NCBI GenBank assembly: GCA_934271195.1
Contig: CAKQRB010000036.1
Coordinates: 8,171-72,170, forward strand
DNA length: 64,000 bases
DNA from: an uncultured Alphaproteobacteria bacterium
GTDB taxonomy: Bacteria; Pseudomonadota; Alphaproteobacteria; RF32; CAG-239
Reading direction: 5' to 3'
Part shown: positions 1 through 8,999 of the stretch, piece after piece
Layout of the letters: each line of letters begins with the position of its first letter
Numbering within the stretch: position 1 is the first letter of the stretch
The notes under the pieces: model-generated
Told to the model about the DNA's origin: nothing
What the model saw: the letters and a program-made list of their open reading frames with translations, nothing else
The model's database searches: none
Position numbers and translations under genes: made by a program

Positions 1-116
1 TAATACTCTTAAAGACTTGGCACAATATATCATTGACAGAGATAAATAAGACCAAACAATCAACGCAGATTGTAAGTCCGCTGCAATAATGCCCCTTATT
101 ATAACAAAAAATTCAG

Positions 117-145
117 CAAAAGGGAGAGTTTTCGCTCTCCCTTTC
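117..145. terminator. Probable intrinsic terminator hairpin
   Basis: The stem GGGAGAG/CTCTCCC (122-128 / 135-141) has a 6-nt loop and can be extended by A:T pairs. An A-run lies on one side and TTT on the other. On the minus strand the hairpin is followed by TTTTGCTGAATTTTTT. Confidence 0.4.
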
Positions 146-325
146 AATTCTGGAAAAGATAAAATTAAGCGCAAAAATAAGATGAGTTAAAATCTCTTAT
201 CATTACACTGCCGGAACGTCTTTCTGACTGTTTCGGCTCTCTTAGCCATATCACACCAGTCTTGTCCGGACCGGCTGCCTATGAGTATATGCTTTTTCCA
301 ATATGCCTATAATCTGTTAAAAAAA

Positions 326-487
326 TTACCAGGGTACGCCGTCAATACAACGGTCGGGATACTCCTGACAAAATCCGTCCTGACGCTCACCGCCGTTATA
401 TAATCTCTGCCGTTCTTCCGGGAAATCTCCGACATTCAGCGTACAGGCATTAAGCGCCAAAACCAGAACAAATATAAACTTTTTCAT
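326..487 (-). CDS. Small putative lipoprotein (53 aa)
   Basis: I place the start at the internal ATG (485-487), which is preceded by AGGTGA. The signal peptide MKKFIFVLVLALNAC has a lipobox-like LNAC. The mature part contains three further Cys. The start lies 8 nt after the stop of the upstream ORF. Confidence 0.5.
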   Translation of the reverse strand: MKKFIFVLVLALNACTLNVGDFPEERQRLYNGGERQDGFCQEYPDRCIDGVPW

Positions 488-495
488 CTTGTCAC

Positions 496-864
496 CTAAA
501 ATATGATTACCACTGCCCAAACAACCAAAACAACCGTCATCAAACGGGAAATTCCGCGCAACCAGCGGCTGCGTTCATAAGCGGCAGATGCTCTCCAAAT
601 ACCAATCACAACATTCAATAGATAAAAAATCCAGACCAATACCATGGTAATATAACATAAAGTCCATAATATAGCCATTGTATCAGGCGCCAGCAAACTG
701 AAATTCTGTGTATAATAAGCCAGCAAATCAGACGTCTTGGTCTGCCGAAGCAGCAGCTTTTCAAAGATTTTAACAACAAACGTCAACAACGCACCATACA
801 AAACCCCGAACTTCCATAATGTCTCGCTGAGAGAAAGTTCTCCGGCACGCATTTTTTTAAACAT
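496..864 (-). CDS. Hypothetical small integral membrane protein (122 aa)
   Basis: The ORF has at least three hydrophobic helices (FGVLYGALLTFVV, AILWTLCYITMVLVWIFYLLNVVIGI, LMTVVLVVWAVVIIF). I recognise no family. Confidence 0.5.
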   Translation of the reverse strand: MFKKMRAGELSLSETLWKFGVLYGALLTFVVKIFEKLLLRQTKTSDLLAYYTQNFSLLAPDTMAILWTLCYITMVLVWIFYLLNVVIGIWRASAAYERSRWLRGISRLMTVVLVVWAVVIIF

Positions 865-964
865 TTTTTTTGTCCTTCTTCAGTTTAAGATATATTTATT
901 GTTATCTAGCTGCTGATTATTAGCAAGCCTTTTATAAAACTTATGCGCAAATGACAAATTCCGG

Positions 965-989
965 ATAAAAAAATGGGAGACAACCTCCC
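965..989 (-). terminator. Intrinsic terminator downstream of sdaA
   Basis: The stem is GGGAG (975-979) / CTCCC (985-989) with a 5-nt loop. On the minus strand it is followed by a T-run (complement of the A-run at 965-974). It lies 7 nt past the sdaA stop. Confidence 0.55.
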
Positions 990-995
990 GTTCTT

Positions 996-2378
996 TTAAC
1001 AATTGGCATGATTAACGGCCAGCCCTCCCAAAGACGTTTCTTTATACTTATTGTTCATATCGCGTCCGGTATCAAGCATTGTCTTAATAACACTGTCCAA
1101 AGACACAATATGGTTTCCGTCACCTTTCATGGCGATCCGCGCTGAGTTAACGGCTTTCACCGCTCCCATAGCGTTACGCTCAATACACGGCACCTGCACC
1201 AATCCGCCGATCGGATCACAAGTCAGCCCCAGATTATGCTCCATGGCAATCTCCGCCGCATTTTCAATCTGTTTACTGGTACCGCCCATTGCCGCTGCCA
1301 AACCGGCCGCTGCCATAGAACAGGCCACACCGACCTCTCCCTGACATCCGACTTCCGCGCCGGAAATTGATGCATTGGTACGATACAGGCTGCAAATCGC
1401 CGACGCGGTTAACAAGAACTTTATTGTACCGTCTTCCACGCTGTTTTCCGATTTTTTGCTGGCGATTCGCTCAAAGTAGCGCATAACGGCCGGAATAATC
1501 CCTGCCGAACCCATCGTCGGCGCCGTCACGATTTGTCCGCCGGAAGCATTCTCTTCCGCCACGGCAAATCCCCACAAATTAATCCAGTCGACAATCATCA
1601 GCGGATCATAATCATTATTCAAAAATTTTTCTTCCAGCCGTCTGGCAATTTCCGGCGCTTTTCGCGGCAAATTAAGCCCGCCGGGCAAAACACCGTCTGT
1701 CCGCATTCCGCGTTCAAGAGAAATCTGCATAATCCGGTCAATTTTCTTTATCTGAGCCAAAACTTCGTCTTTGCCGTGCAGGGCGATTTCATTGGCCATC
1801 ACCAGTTCGGCAATACTCATGCCGTTTTTCTCGCATAATGCAATCAACTCCTCACAACTGCTGAAGTCATAAGGAACAACATACGGTTCACGCTCTATCC
1901 GGCGTTTTATCTCGTCTTTTCGGGCAACCGTTCCGCCGCCTACGGAAAAATACGTTTCTTCCAGCAGCAGATGCCCGTTCTTGTCATAAGCCTTAAAAGT
2001 CATTCCGTTGGAATGTTCCGGCAAAAACACTTTTTTTTCAAAAATAACGTCACGCTCTAAATCAAAAGCAATGGCTTTTTCTTGCGCCAAATGCAAAATC
2101 TTGTCACGCTGGACAGCCACTACATATGGTTTTTCCGGATCAATTGCCTCTGCTTCCAGCGCCATCAGCCCGTATACAATCGCTTTCACCGTACCGTGCC
2201 CTTCACCGGTCAGGGCTAACGAACCGTAAAGAGTGGTCTCCACCCGTTCGACTTTACCAAAAACCTCATTAGCCTTCAAATTCTCAATATATCTTTTGGC
2301 CGCACGCATCGGTCCGACCGTATGCGAACTCGACGGCCCGACGCCAATCGAGAAAATTTCAAAAAAACTGTAGTACAT
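996..2378 (-). CDS. sdaA: L-serine ammonia-lyase (L-serine dehydratase), iron-sulfur dependent, single-chain form
   Basis: The 460-aa ORF starts [22 protein letters not shown], the hallmark of this family. The C-terminal half carries the conserved Cys-containing region ([10 protein letters not shown] ... CIERNA). Confidence 0.95.
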   Translation of the reverse strand: MYYSFFEIFSIGVGPSSSHTVGPMRAAKRYIENLKANEVFGKVERVETTLYGSLALTGEGHGTVKAIVYGLMALEAEAIDPEKPYVVAVQRDKILHLAQEKAIAFDLERDVIFEKKVFLPEHSNGMTFKAYDKNGHLLLEETYFSVGGGTVARKDEIKRRIEREPYVVPYDFSSCEELIALCEKNGMSIAELVMANEIALHGKDEVLAQIKKIDRIMQISLERGMRTDGVLPGGLNLPRKAPEIARRLEEKFLNNDYDPLMIVDWINLWGFAVAEENASGGQIVTAPTMGSAGIIPAVMRYFERIASKKSENSVEDGTIKFLLTASAICSLYRTNASISGAEVGCQGEVGVACSMAAAGLAAAMGGTSKQIENAAEIAMEHNLGLTCDPIGGLVQVPCIERNAMGAVKAVNSARIAMKGDGNHIVSLDSVIKTMLDTGRDMNNKYKETSLGGLAVNHANC

Positions 2379-2386
2379 TCAATCCT

Positions 2387-4102
2387 CTAAAAAAACATTT
2401 GTATATCTTTATACGGCTTCACGCCCAATTCGGCATGAACAGCGGCGATTTTTTGCGAAACATCGCTCCAGACGCTATAGCGATCAATAAACTCTTTTGC
2501 CTTTTGCGGAGACATTGAAAGCTGAATATCAACGGTATCTTCAAGCAGCTGATTCATAACCTGCGGAAAACGTTCAAAATCTATATGCAGTTTCATATCT
2601 TCGTCAAATGAAATCGCCTTATTTTCCAACAAATAATTCAATTCAATCAGCTCAGCCACCCGATGTGGCAGGGACAACTGCGGTTTTGCCTTCCCAAACA
2701 AGCGATAAACTACATGTGTCACATAAATCTTCTTCAAAGTTTCTTCATCAATAACGCCGGCTTTAACGTACTCCGGCATAAAAGCCATTGAAACAATATC
2801 AGCCTTATGCTCTTCAATAATATGCTTATATTGCCCCAATCCGGTCTGATACCTGCTGTCCGGCCCCAAAGAATGGCCGTTTTCATGTCCTATAACAAAC
2901 AAATGGTCAGTTTCGGGATCAAAATACCGGTGCAGCTCCGGAGCAACCAGCTTTTCCAAAAGTTTCCGATTCTTTTCTTTATCCACGCTCATCCTGACCT
3001 GACGATGATAAACATTGCGCCGGCCGCCGCCGGTTTTAATGGACAACTTGTCATTATTGGGAAGATTCTGCGCGGTTGTTATCCCGCCGCGGCATTGTGC
3101 ATAATCTCCGGTTAAAGCGGCCAAGTCTGCATCAACCATTGTCTGCTTAACTTCGTTGCTTTTGTTGATATTTTGCTCATAACGGTCGGCAAAAGGCATC
3201 TTTGCAGCCAGCTCTTTCATCAAATCCTTAAACTTGAGCAGCAGTTCCGTTCCCTGCTTATTGACGATTCCGACACGAATTCCAAGCATATCTTTAGAAT
3301 TAACTTCAATATTGTAACGGTTAAGAAGTGCCATCAAAGCACTGTTCTCAAACACACTCGGCGTAATCGTATCATCATAACATTCCCTGCTCAGCGTAAA
3401 CTCAAGTTCACTGTCCTGCAACACTGCCCAATGCTTGTCCGCCAGCATATCCATATCCTCATTATTCTGAATCAACGCCTGAGCCTGCCAGCCGAGATAA
3501 TCTTTAAACTTCTCATCGGTGGTATAATGTGCGGCCACTTCAAGTTCATTGGCAATCGCCGAAAACTCTTCGGCAAAATATTCAGTATAATCGATGGCTT
3601 TTAACACACCGCCGTCACGCCGTACCATTGTCCGCGCGCTCAAAATTCTTCTGACTTCATCAACTTTACCGTTTTCCAGCATTTTTTTAATAATCTTATG
3701 AAATTCTTCAACACTGAGGTCCTCCGGATAAAAATTCCGCCCCGGTCGGCCGGAAATTCCCTTAAAAATTTCCACAGGTTCGGCATCAAGGCCGTTCAGC
3801 CCCTCCACGCCGTTCAAAGACTGAAAAAGTTTAAGCGCCTTGGCCGCATGAGAACTGCTTTTTGCAGCCTTTTCCAAAGCTTTTCGCTGGACAATATTCA
3901 TATGATGATCCTGCTCCTGCGAAACCTCATTCATGATTTTTGCCGCCGCGACCAAATGCTTCAAAGCCTTCTTATCCCCTTCCTGCAGCTTCAGATACCC
4001 TTCAAATTGCTCATCAATCAAAACCACCGGCAGCATTTGTTCATTCAGCATCTTATCCAATTCTGCTTCGCTGTAGGCAATTTCATATCCGTTAATTTCC
4101 AT
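2387..4102 (-). CDS. HExxH zinc hydrolase, DPP III (M49)-like family
   Basis: The 571-aa ORF contains VIGHENGHSLGP (HExxH) followed about 20 residues later by EEHKAD. This resembles the HExxGH / EExxAD motif pair of M49-type enzymes. The assignment rests on motifs only. The start overlaps the upstream gene by 11 nt. Confidence 0.5.
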   Translation of the reverse strand: MEINGYEIAYSEAELDKMLNEQMLPVVLIDEQFEGYLKLQEGDKKALKHLVAAAKIMNEVSQEQDHHMNIVQRKALEKAAKSSSHAAKALKLFQSLNGVEGLNGLDAEPVEIFKGISGRPGRNFYPEDLSVEEFHKIIKKMLENGKVDEVRRILSARTMVRRDGGVLKAIDYTEYFAEEFSAIANELEVAAHYTTDEKFKDYLGWQAQALIQNNEDMDMLADKHWAVLQDSELEFTLSRECYDDTITPSVFENSALMALLNRYNIEVNSKDMLGIRVGIVNKQGTELLLKFKDLMKELAAKMPFADRYEQNINKSNEVKQTMVDADLAALTGDYAQCRGGITTAQNLPNNDKLSIKTGGGRRNVYHRQVRMSVDKEKNRKLLEKLVAPELHRYFDPETDHLFVIGHENGHSLGPDSRYQTGLGQYKHIIEEHKADIVSMAFMPEYVKAGVIDEETLKKIYVTHVVYRLFGKAKPQLSLPHRVAELIELNYLLENKAISFDEDMKLHIDFERFPQVMNQLLEDTVDIQLSMSPQKAKEFIDRYSVWSDVSQKIAAVHAELGVKPYKDIQMFF

Positions 4103-5657
4103 TTTTCTTAATCTCCACAGTTCTAAAACGATAAGCTTTTAATTTGTCAGACCAATAAGTCGGACTCATACCTGCTTTTAACTTAAGCTGGGTCAAAAAT
4201 TCTTTTTTGTCGGGAAACTCTTGCCACATGGCCGGCAAAAAAAGCCCCTGACGATTGCCGTCGCGCAGAACGATGCCGTCCGTTTCCGGCTGCAACTGGG
4301 CAAGCAACCCTTCCTCGCCGTCAAAATTTAACCGCTCATAATCCGTCAGAAAAGTAATTCTGATTTCCAAATCTGCAAGTTCTTCCGGCTTAACGCTGTC
4401 AAAACGCACATCGTCCGACGCCGCGGCTCTGGCATTTTCCGCCACATCAAGCACCACGGCCTGCTTAGCCCGCAGACTTCCGGCGTCTCCCCGCATTGTG
4501 CCCTTGTTAAACAAGGTCACGAATACGGCGCCTTTGTCAAACAGGTTTCCTTCATATTTTTTGCGGGAAGGCTTGTACTTTTTACCGTTCTGCAACCACT
4601 CTTCCAAACTTTCTTCCGCCACTTTTAACAAATCAGAACCATATTTCTCGGCAAAAAGCCTGATACTTTCCGCCTCCAGCTCGATCAGCGTCGGAAACAC
4701 GTCCTTTTCTTTTTCCGGCGTTACGTTCAACCAGCTTTCATATTTCCAGTTAGCCCTGATTTCTTCTTCCAGCCCGTCACTGCTGTATCCGTCAATCAAC
4801 AAAGACGACATCCGCAGCTCCTTGGCAAAATGCAACGCCGTCTGAATTCCGACATCTCCGCACGGATGCTTCTTAACCTTGCCCAAATCCGGCAACTTCT
4901 TTTTTTCATCATTCTTCTGAACCTGCTTCTGCTGTTCATAATAAGCAGACAAATCAGCAAAGAAGACAAAAAGTGTTTCATCATCATACAAATACGGTCT
5001 CAGCCCCTGCTCCAGTTTTTCTGCCGTCGTATTTCCGTAAATAACCGGTAACACTGAAAAGTTCTGATTAATTTTTTTCAAAAAAAACAGATGTTTTTTC
5101 CAATAATCCTGATTTTTCCAATCACCCCCGCCTTTTTTCCAGCCATAAGCCAGTACCGTCCGTACCATATCTTCATTCACCGGCACATCTCCGTCCGGCA
5201 TCGCCAATGCCTGAAAAGCCGGCAGATGAATGCCGAAAAATTTTTCTCCGCATTCCGGAATTAACATAATAACATTCTTAAACTTTCTGCCGGTCTGAGC
5301 CAGTCTCCAATAAGCCTTAGCCGTAACCGCAGCATAATATTTATAACCGTTTTGCGGCACAATCAAAATCTTCGGCAGTACGTTCTGACGCTTATAACCG
5401 GAGCCGAAATAATAACCGGTATCCTGATTGCCGTCCGGAACCTTTTTCAGATAAAACCAGCTGGCAACTGCCGGCAGCTCATATTTTTCCAGTTCATCAT
5501 ACTGCGGCACATAATTATTGATTTTTTCAGCATTGGACGACAAATGCGCATATAAATAATCATAATTCAGCCAAAGCAGCATTGCAGCTGCAAAGCTCCA
5601 AAAAACATAATAAAAAACCCCGTGTTTTTTTACATTTTCATCACTGTCAATATTCAT
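4092..5657 (-). CDS. Membrane-anchored fusion of a Memo-like domain (AmmeMemoRadiSam protein B-like) and an AMMECR1 domain
   Basis: The 521-aa ORF has an N-terminal TM helix (FYYVFWSFAAAMLLWLNY). The middle region is Memo-like (ILIVPQNGYKYYAAVTAKAY ... HPCGDVGIQTAL). The C-terminal region is AMMECR1-like (GAVFVTLFNKGTMRGDAGSL ... GNRQGLFLPAMW). Confidence 0.7.
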   Translation of the reverse strand: MNIDSDENVKKHGVFYYVFWSFAAAMLLWLNYDYLYAHLSSNAEKINNYVPQYDELEKYELPAVASWFYLKKVPDGNQDTGYYFGSGYKRQNVLPKILIVPQNGYKYYAAVTAKAYWRLAQTGRKFKNVIMLIPECGEKFFGIHLPAFQALAMPDGDVPVNEDMVRTVLAYGWKKGGGDWKNQDYWKKHLFFLKKINQNFSVLPVIYGNTTAEKLEQGLRPYLYDDETLFVFFADLSAYYEQQKQVQKNDEKKKLPDLGKVKKHPCGDVGIQTALHFAKELRMSSLLIDGYSSDGLEEEIRANWKYESWLNVTPEKEKDVFPTLIELEAESIRLFAEKYGSDLLKVAEESLEEWLQNGKKYKPSRKKYEGNLFDKGAVFVTLFNKGTMRGDAGSLRAKQAVVLDVAENARAAASDDVRFDSVKPEELADLEIRITFLTDYERLNFDGEEGLLAQLQPETDGIVLRDGNRQGLFLPAMWQEFPDKKEFLTQLKLKAGMSPTYWSDKLKAYRFRTVEIKKNGN

Positions 5658-5723
5658 CTGCCGGACTTTCTCGATCTGTTTTATTTCTGCTGGATATTAG
5701 AACATGACGACCTTAAAATTTTG

Positions 5724-6416
5724 CTAATTTTCATCATTCAAAGCAGCATAAAAGTGTACAAAATCATCAAAATACCGGATTTTTTCCGGCTGTTCCGTTT
5801 CCGTATGCCAAATATCTTCGCCAATCCGAATCGGCAGGGCATGCGCAGCCTTTGCGCAATCGCTGTCCGCAGGGCTGTCTCCGACCATCCAAACTTCCTC
5901 GGGAGAAATTTCGTCCGGCAGCAAATACCCGGTCAAAGCATAAAAAATATGTTCGGGATACGGCTTGTCATGTTCGGCTTCATGCCCGCATACAATTTTT
6001 TCAAACATATCGGGATCAAAAAGCAAGGGCAGTTCATAATCCAAAAGCCGGCGGTCTTTATTGCTCATAATCATCATCTTAATCCGGCGCGATGCTAAAA
6101 AGTCCAACACCTGTCTCACCCCATCAAAAGTTGAAATCAGATCTTTTACATGCCGCAAATAAATCTCGACATAACGGGCATAGATTTCCTCAGCCCTCTC
6201 GCCAAAAAAAATCGGAAAATTATCTTTAAAAGACAAATCGTGATTCCTGTTTTTGCACACATCTTCCCACTTTGGAAGTCCCTTTTCGGCAAGCACCTGC
6301 CGAATGGCAAACAGCAAAGCCGGACGACTATTGGCCAAAGTATTGTCCCAGTCAAAAATCACAAAACGGACTTTTCCGAGCGGCAAATGTTTGTTTCTCA
6401 TCTCAAAATGTTCCAT
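5724..6416 (-). CDS. HAD-superfamily hydrolase, phosphoglycolate-phosphatase-like
   Basis: The 230-aa ORF has HAD motif I (FVIFDWDNTLANS, DxDxT) and a late MVGDSPADSD motif. Confidence 0.8.
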   Translation of the reverse strand: MEHFEMRNKHLPLGKVRFVIFDWDNTLANSRPALLFAIRQVLAEKGLPKWEDVCKNRNHDLSFKDNFPIFFGERAEEIYARYVEIYLRHVKDLISTFDGVRQVLDFLASRRIKMMIMSNKDRRLLDYELPLLFDPDMFEKIVCGHEAEHDKPYPEHIFYALTGYLLPDEISPEEVWMVGDSPADSDCAKAAHALPIRIGEDIWHTETEQPEKIRYFDDFVHFYAALNDEN

Positions 6417-6519
6417 CTGTTAATTTCCGTTCAAAAGTAATTAAATTTTACCAGTTTTCAAGATAGCAATAATGCCCGTTCCCGGGCATTATAATACATA
6501 AAGGGCAATGTCGGCGGAG

Positions 6520-7809
6520 CTACGCGACTTTTCCTTTTCCGATAACAGCCTTGCCGCCCATATAAGGCTGCAGTTTGGCCGGAATATTCACCGTTCCGTC
6601 TGCATTCTGATGATTTTCCAGCAGCGGAACCAGAACACGCGGCGTTGCCACGCCGGTATTATTCAACGTATGAACAAACTTGACCTTGCCGTCGGCATTG
6701 TCACGATAACGCAGATTTGTGCGTCGAGCCTGCCATTCCGTAATATTGGAACAACTGTGCGTCTCACGATAACAATTCTGCGTCGGCACCCAGGCTTCCA
6801 AATCATATTGGCGATATTTCGGTGCGCCCATATCTCCGGTACAAACCTCCAAAACCTGATACGGAAGTTCCAAATCCCGCAAGACTTCTTCCGAAATCGC
6901 CAACAGTTTCTGATGCCATTTTTCACTTTCGTTAATGTCATTTTTGCAAATAACGAATTGCTCCGTCTTCATAAACTGGTGAACACGGGTCAGGCCGCGG
7001 GTGTCTTTCCCCGCAGCGCCTGCCTCACGACGGAAACAGGGAGAAAATCCGGCATACAAAATCGGTAGTTCGCTTTCATTTAAAATCTCGTCGGCCCGCA
7101 GCGAGTTCAAAATCAGCTCGGCCGTACCGGACAGATAAATGTCATCGGCCGGCATATAATAAATTTCATCGCGCGAGAACGGCAGATATCCCTGACCGTA
7201 CAATGGCCTTTCTTTAGAAATTGACGGTACGGTAATAATCGTAAAGCCATGAGCGGCCAGCTTGTCCAAAACCATCATATGAATAGCCAGCTCCAACTTT
7301 GCCAGCTCGTTTTTAATGGCATAGGTACGCGCGCCCGAAACCTTGGCGATTCGTTCCATTTCGCTCCAATCGTTAAGTTCCATCAATTCAACATGGTCAC
7401 GCGGCTTAAAGTCAAACTTGCGCGGCTCACCGACCTTGCGCCTGACCACATTGGCGGAATCATCGGGACCGACTGGACTTTGCGGGCTGGGCATATTCGG
7501 CATTCTGAGCATAATCTCGTCAAACTTAGCCTTAACGGCATCAAGCTCTTCCAGCTCTTTTTTCAGCTCTTCGCCAATTTCCTTACTCCTGGCAATAATT
7601 GCCGGACGCTCTTCGGCAGAGGCGGATTTAATAGCATTACTGAGCTTGTTTTTCTCTTCCGATTTTGCCTGTGATGAGGTCTTAAGCTTATTCATCTCAA
7701 AGTACAGACTTTCCAATTCATCCAGACTGATAACCTTGCCATAACCTTTTTTATCCAGACCTTCCTGAATAAGTGGCTTATTCTCAATAATGTATTTTAT
7801 ATCCAACAT
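6520..7809 (-). CDS. serS: Seryl-tRNA synthetase
   Basis: The 429-aa ORF has an N-terminal coiled-coil arm and a class II core (FRREAGAAGKDTRGLTRVHQF, TLNNTGVATPR). It ends with TAG. Confidence 0.97.
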   Translation of the reverse strand: MLDIKYIIENKPLIQEGLDKKGYGKVISLDELESLYFEMNKLKTSSQAKSEEKNKLSNAIKSASAEERPAIIARSKEIGEELKKELEELDAVKAKFDEIMLRMPNMPSPQSPVGPDDSANVVRRKVGEPRKFDFKPRDHVELMELNDWSEMERIAKVSGARTYAIKNELAKLELAIHMMVLDKLAAHGFTIITVPSISKERPLYGQGYLPFSRDEIYYMPADDIYLSGTAELILNSLRADEILNESELPILYAGFSPCFRREAGAAGKDTRGLTRVHQFMKTEQFVICKNDINESEKWHQKLLAISEEVLRDLELPYQVLEVCTGDMGAPKYRQYDLEAWVPTQNCYRETHSCSNITEWQARRTNLRYRDNADGKVKFVHTLNNTGVATPRVLVPLLENHQNADGTVNIPAKLQPYMGGKAVIGKGKVA

Positions 7810-8042
7810 CTTACAACTGTCCTAAAATTTTAATTAATTCTATTGGATTGTTAGAGTAGCAACTTTACAAATAAATACAACACAAAAATGCAGTCTGTAT
7901 ACGAAAATATGCAAGAAGAAAACGTTCCGCATTTCACGCCGCATTGCAATCCCGTCCTTACACAGGCCTTTTATCTTTCTGTTTTTCCTGAACCCCGTCA
8001 ATCATAGAAAAAGGAAGAAAATACATTTCCTCCCTTTTCCTT

Positions 8043-8864
8043 CTAATTTCCGATATTAAGATTAACTTTGTTCCAACCTTCGGTTTTCTTTTCTTCCTGC
8101 GGCTTTCCGTCCTCCCAGCCGCGAACAGGCTGTTTTCGTTTGTTAATCAGCGCTTTCTGTTCTTCCGTCTGTACCACGCCTACCGGCAACAGCTGGTTCA
8201 GCAAAGCCGGCGACACGAAATCCTGCCGTTTTTTCAGCATCGGATCAACAATACTGTCAACCTTGTCGGCAGACGGCTTCAAGTTAAACGTTTTTACGGA
8301 GCCGCCGTAAAAAACCGAAAGAGAATGACAAGGCGAAGACAATAAAATGTCAGTATTATCCACTCCGCGCACAAATCGCAGCATGATTCGAGGATTAATA
8401 ATGCAATTTTCTGTTTTTTCAAAATCCACATTCTCCGGTGTCTTCAAAAAGCTGGTAACCACGTCGTCCCGCTTCTCTTTGCTCAAAACGCCGCAAAAAC
8501 TCTTTAAGGCCATGCCGTCCATGTTATATCCGGAATAGGTATTGCTGCGGCTGGCCACCTCATAACAAAAAACCTGTTCGGCGTCTGTAATGTTTTCCAG
8601 CGCCGGACGGCCGATACTGTCAATAATCGGCTGCAACACTTCGTCTTTGGCTGTTTTCTGTACACGAGGTTCGGCAGTTTGCGCCTCTTTATCACCGTCC
8701 CTGCGCCAGCCGTCCTTATTTCCCTGAAAAGACCGTACGCCCTCGGCTTCTATTCCCAGCCCCGACAGTTCATCAGCCACGCCGCCGGAAAAATCATCAG
8801 CAGCCTGAGCTTCTGAAAGCACACAAAATATTCCGACAACTATCAGCACAAACAATCTGCTCAT
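8043..8864 (-). CDS. Secreted hypothetical protein (273 aa)
   Basis: I place the start at the ATG at 8862-8864, preceded by GAGGGAGAA. The signal peptide is MSRLFVLIVVGIFCVLSEAQA. The mature protein has four Cys and no recognisable family. This is the last gene of the 12.5-8.0 kb cluster. Confidence 0.6.
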   Translation of the reverse strand: MSRLFVLIVVGIFCVLSEAQAADDFSGGVADELSGLGIEAEGVRSFQGNKDGWRRDGDKEAQTAEPRVQKTAKDEVLQPIIDSIGRPALENITDAEQVFCYEVASRSNTYSGYNMDGMALKSFCGVLSKEKRDDVVTSFLKTPENVDFEKTENCIINPRIMLRFVRGVDNTDILLSSPCHSLSVFYGGSVKTFNLKPSADKVDSIVDPMLKKRQDFVSPALLNQLLPVGVVQTEEQKALINKRKQPVRGWEDGKPQEEKKTEGWNKVNLNIGN

Positions 8865-8999
8865 CTTTTCTCCCTCTCGTTGTCTTTTTTCTGATATAGC
8901 ATAATCATTATAAAACAAAATTCCATCAAAAATCTTAACATACCAAAAAATCCCCAAGAAAAAAACCTCCGCATGACTGCGAAGGCTTTTCTCTGATGA

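Noticed and set aside
2-49. Possible 3' end of a plus-strand gene at the window edge (...NTLKDLAQYIIDRDK then TAA)
   Set aside because: Only 15 codons are visible with no recognisable motif, so it cannot be told apart from a chance open frame.
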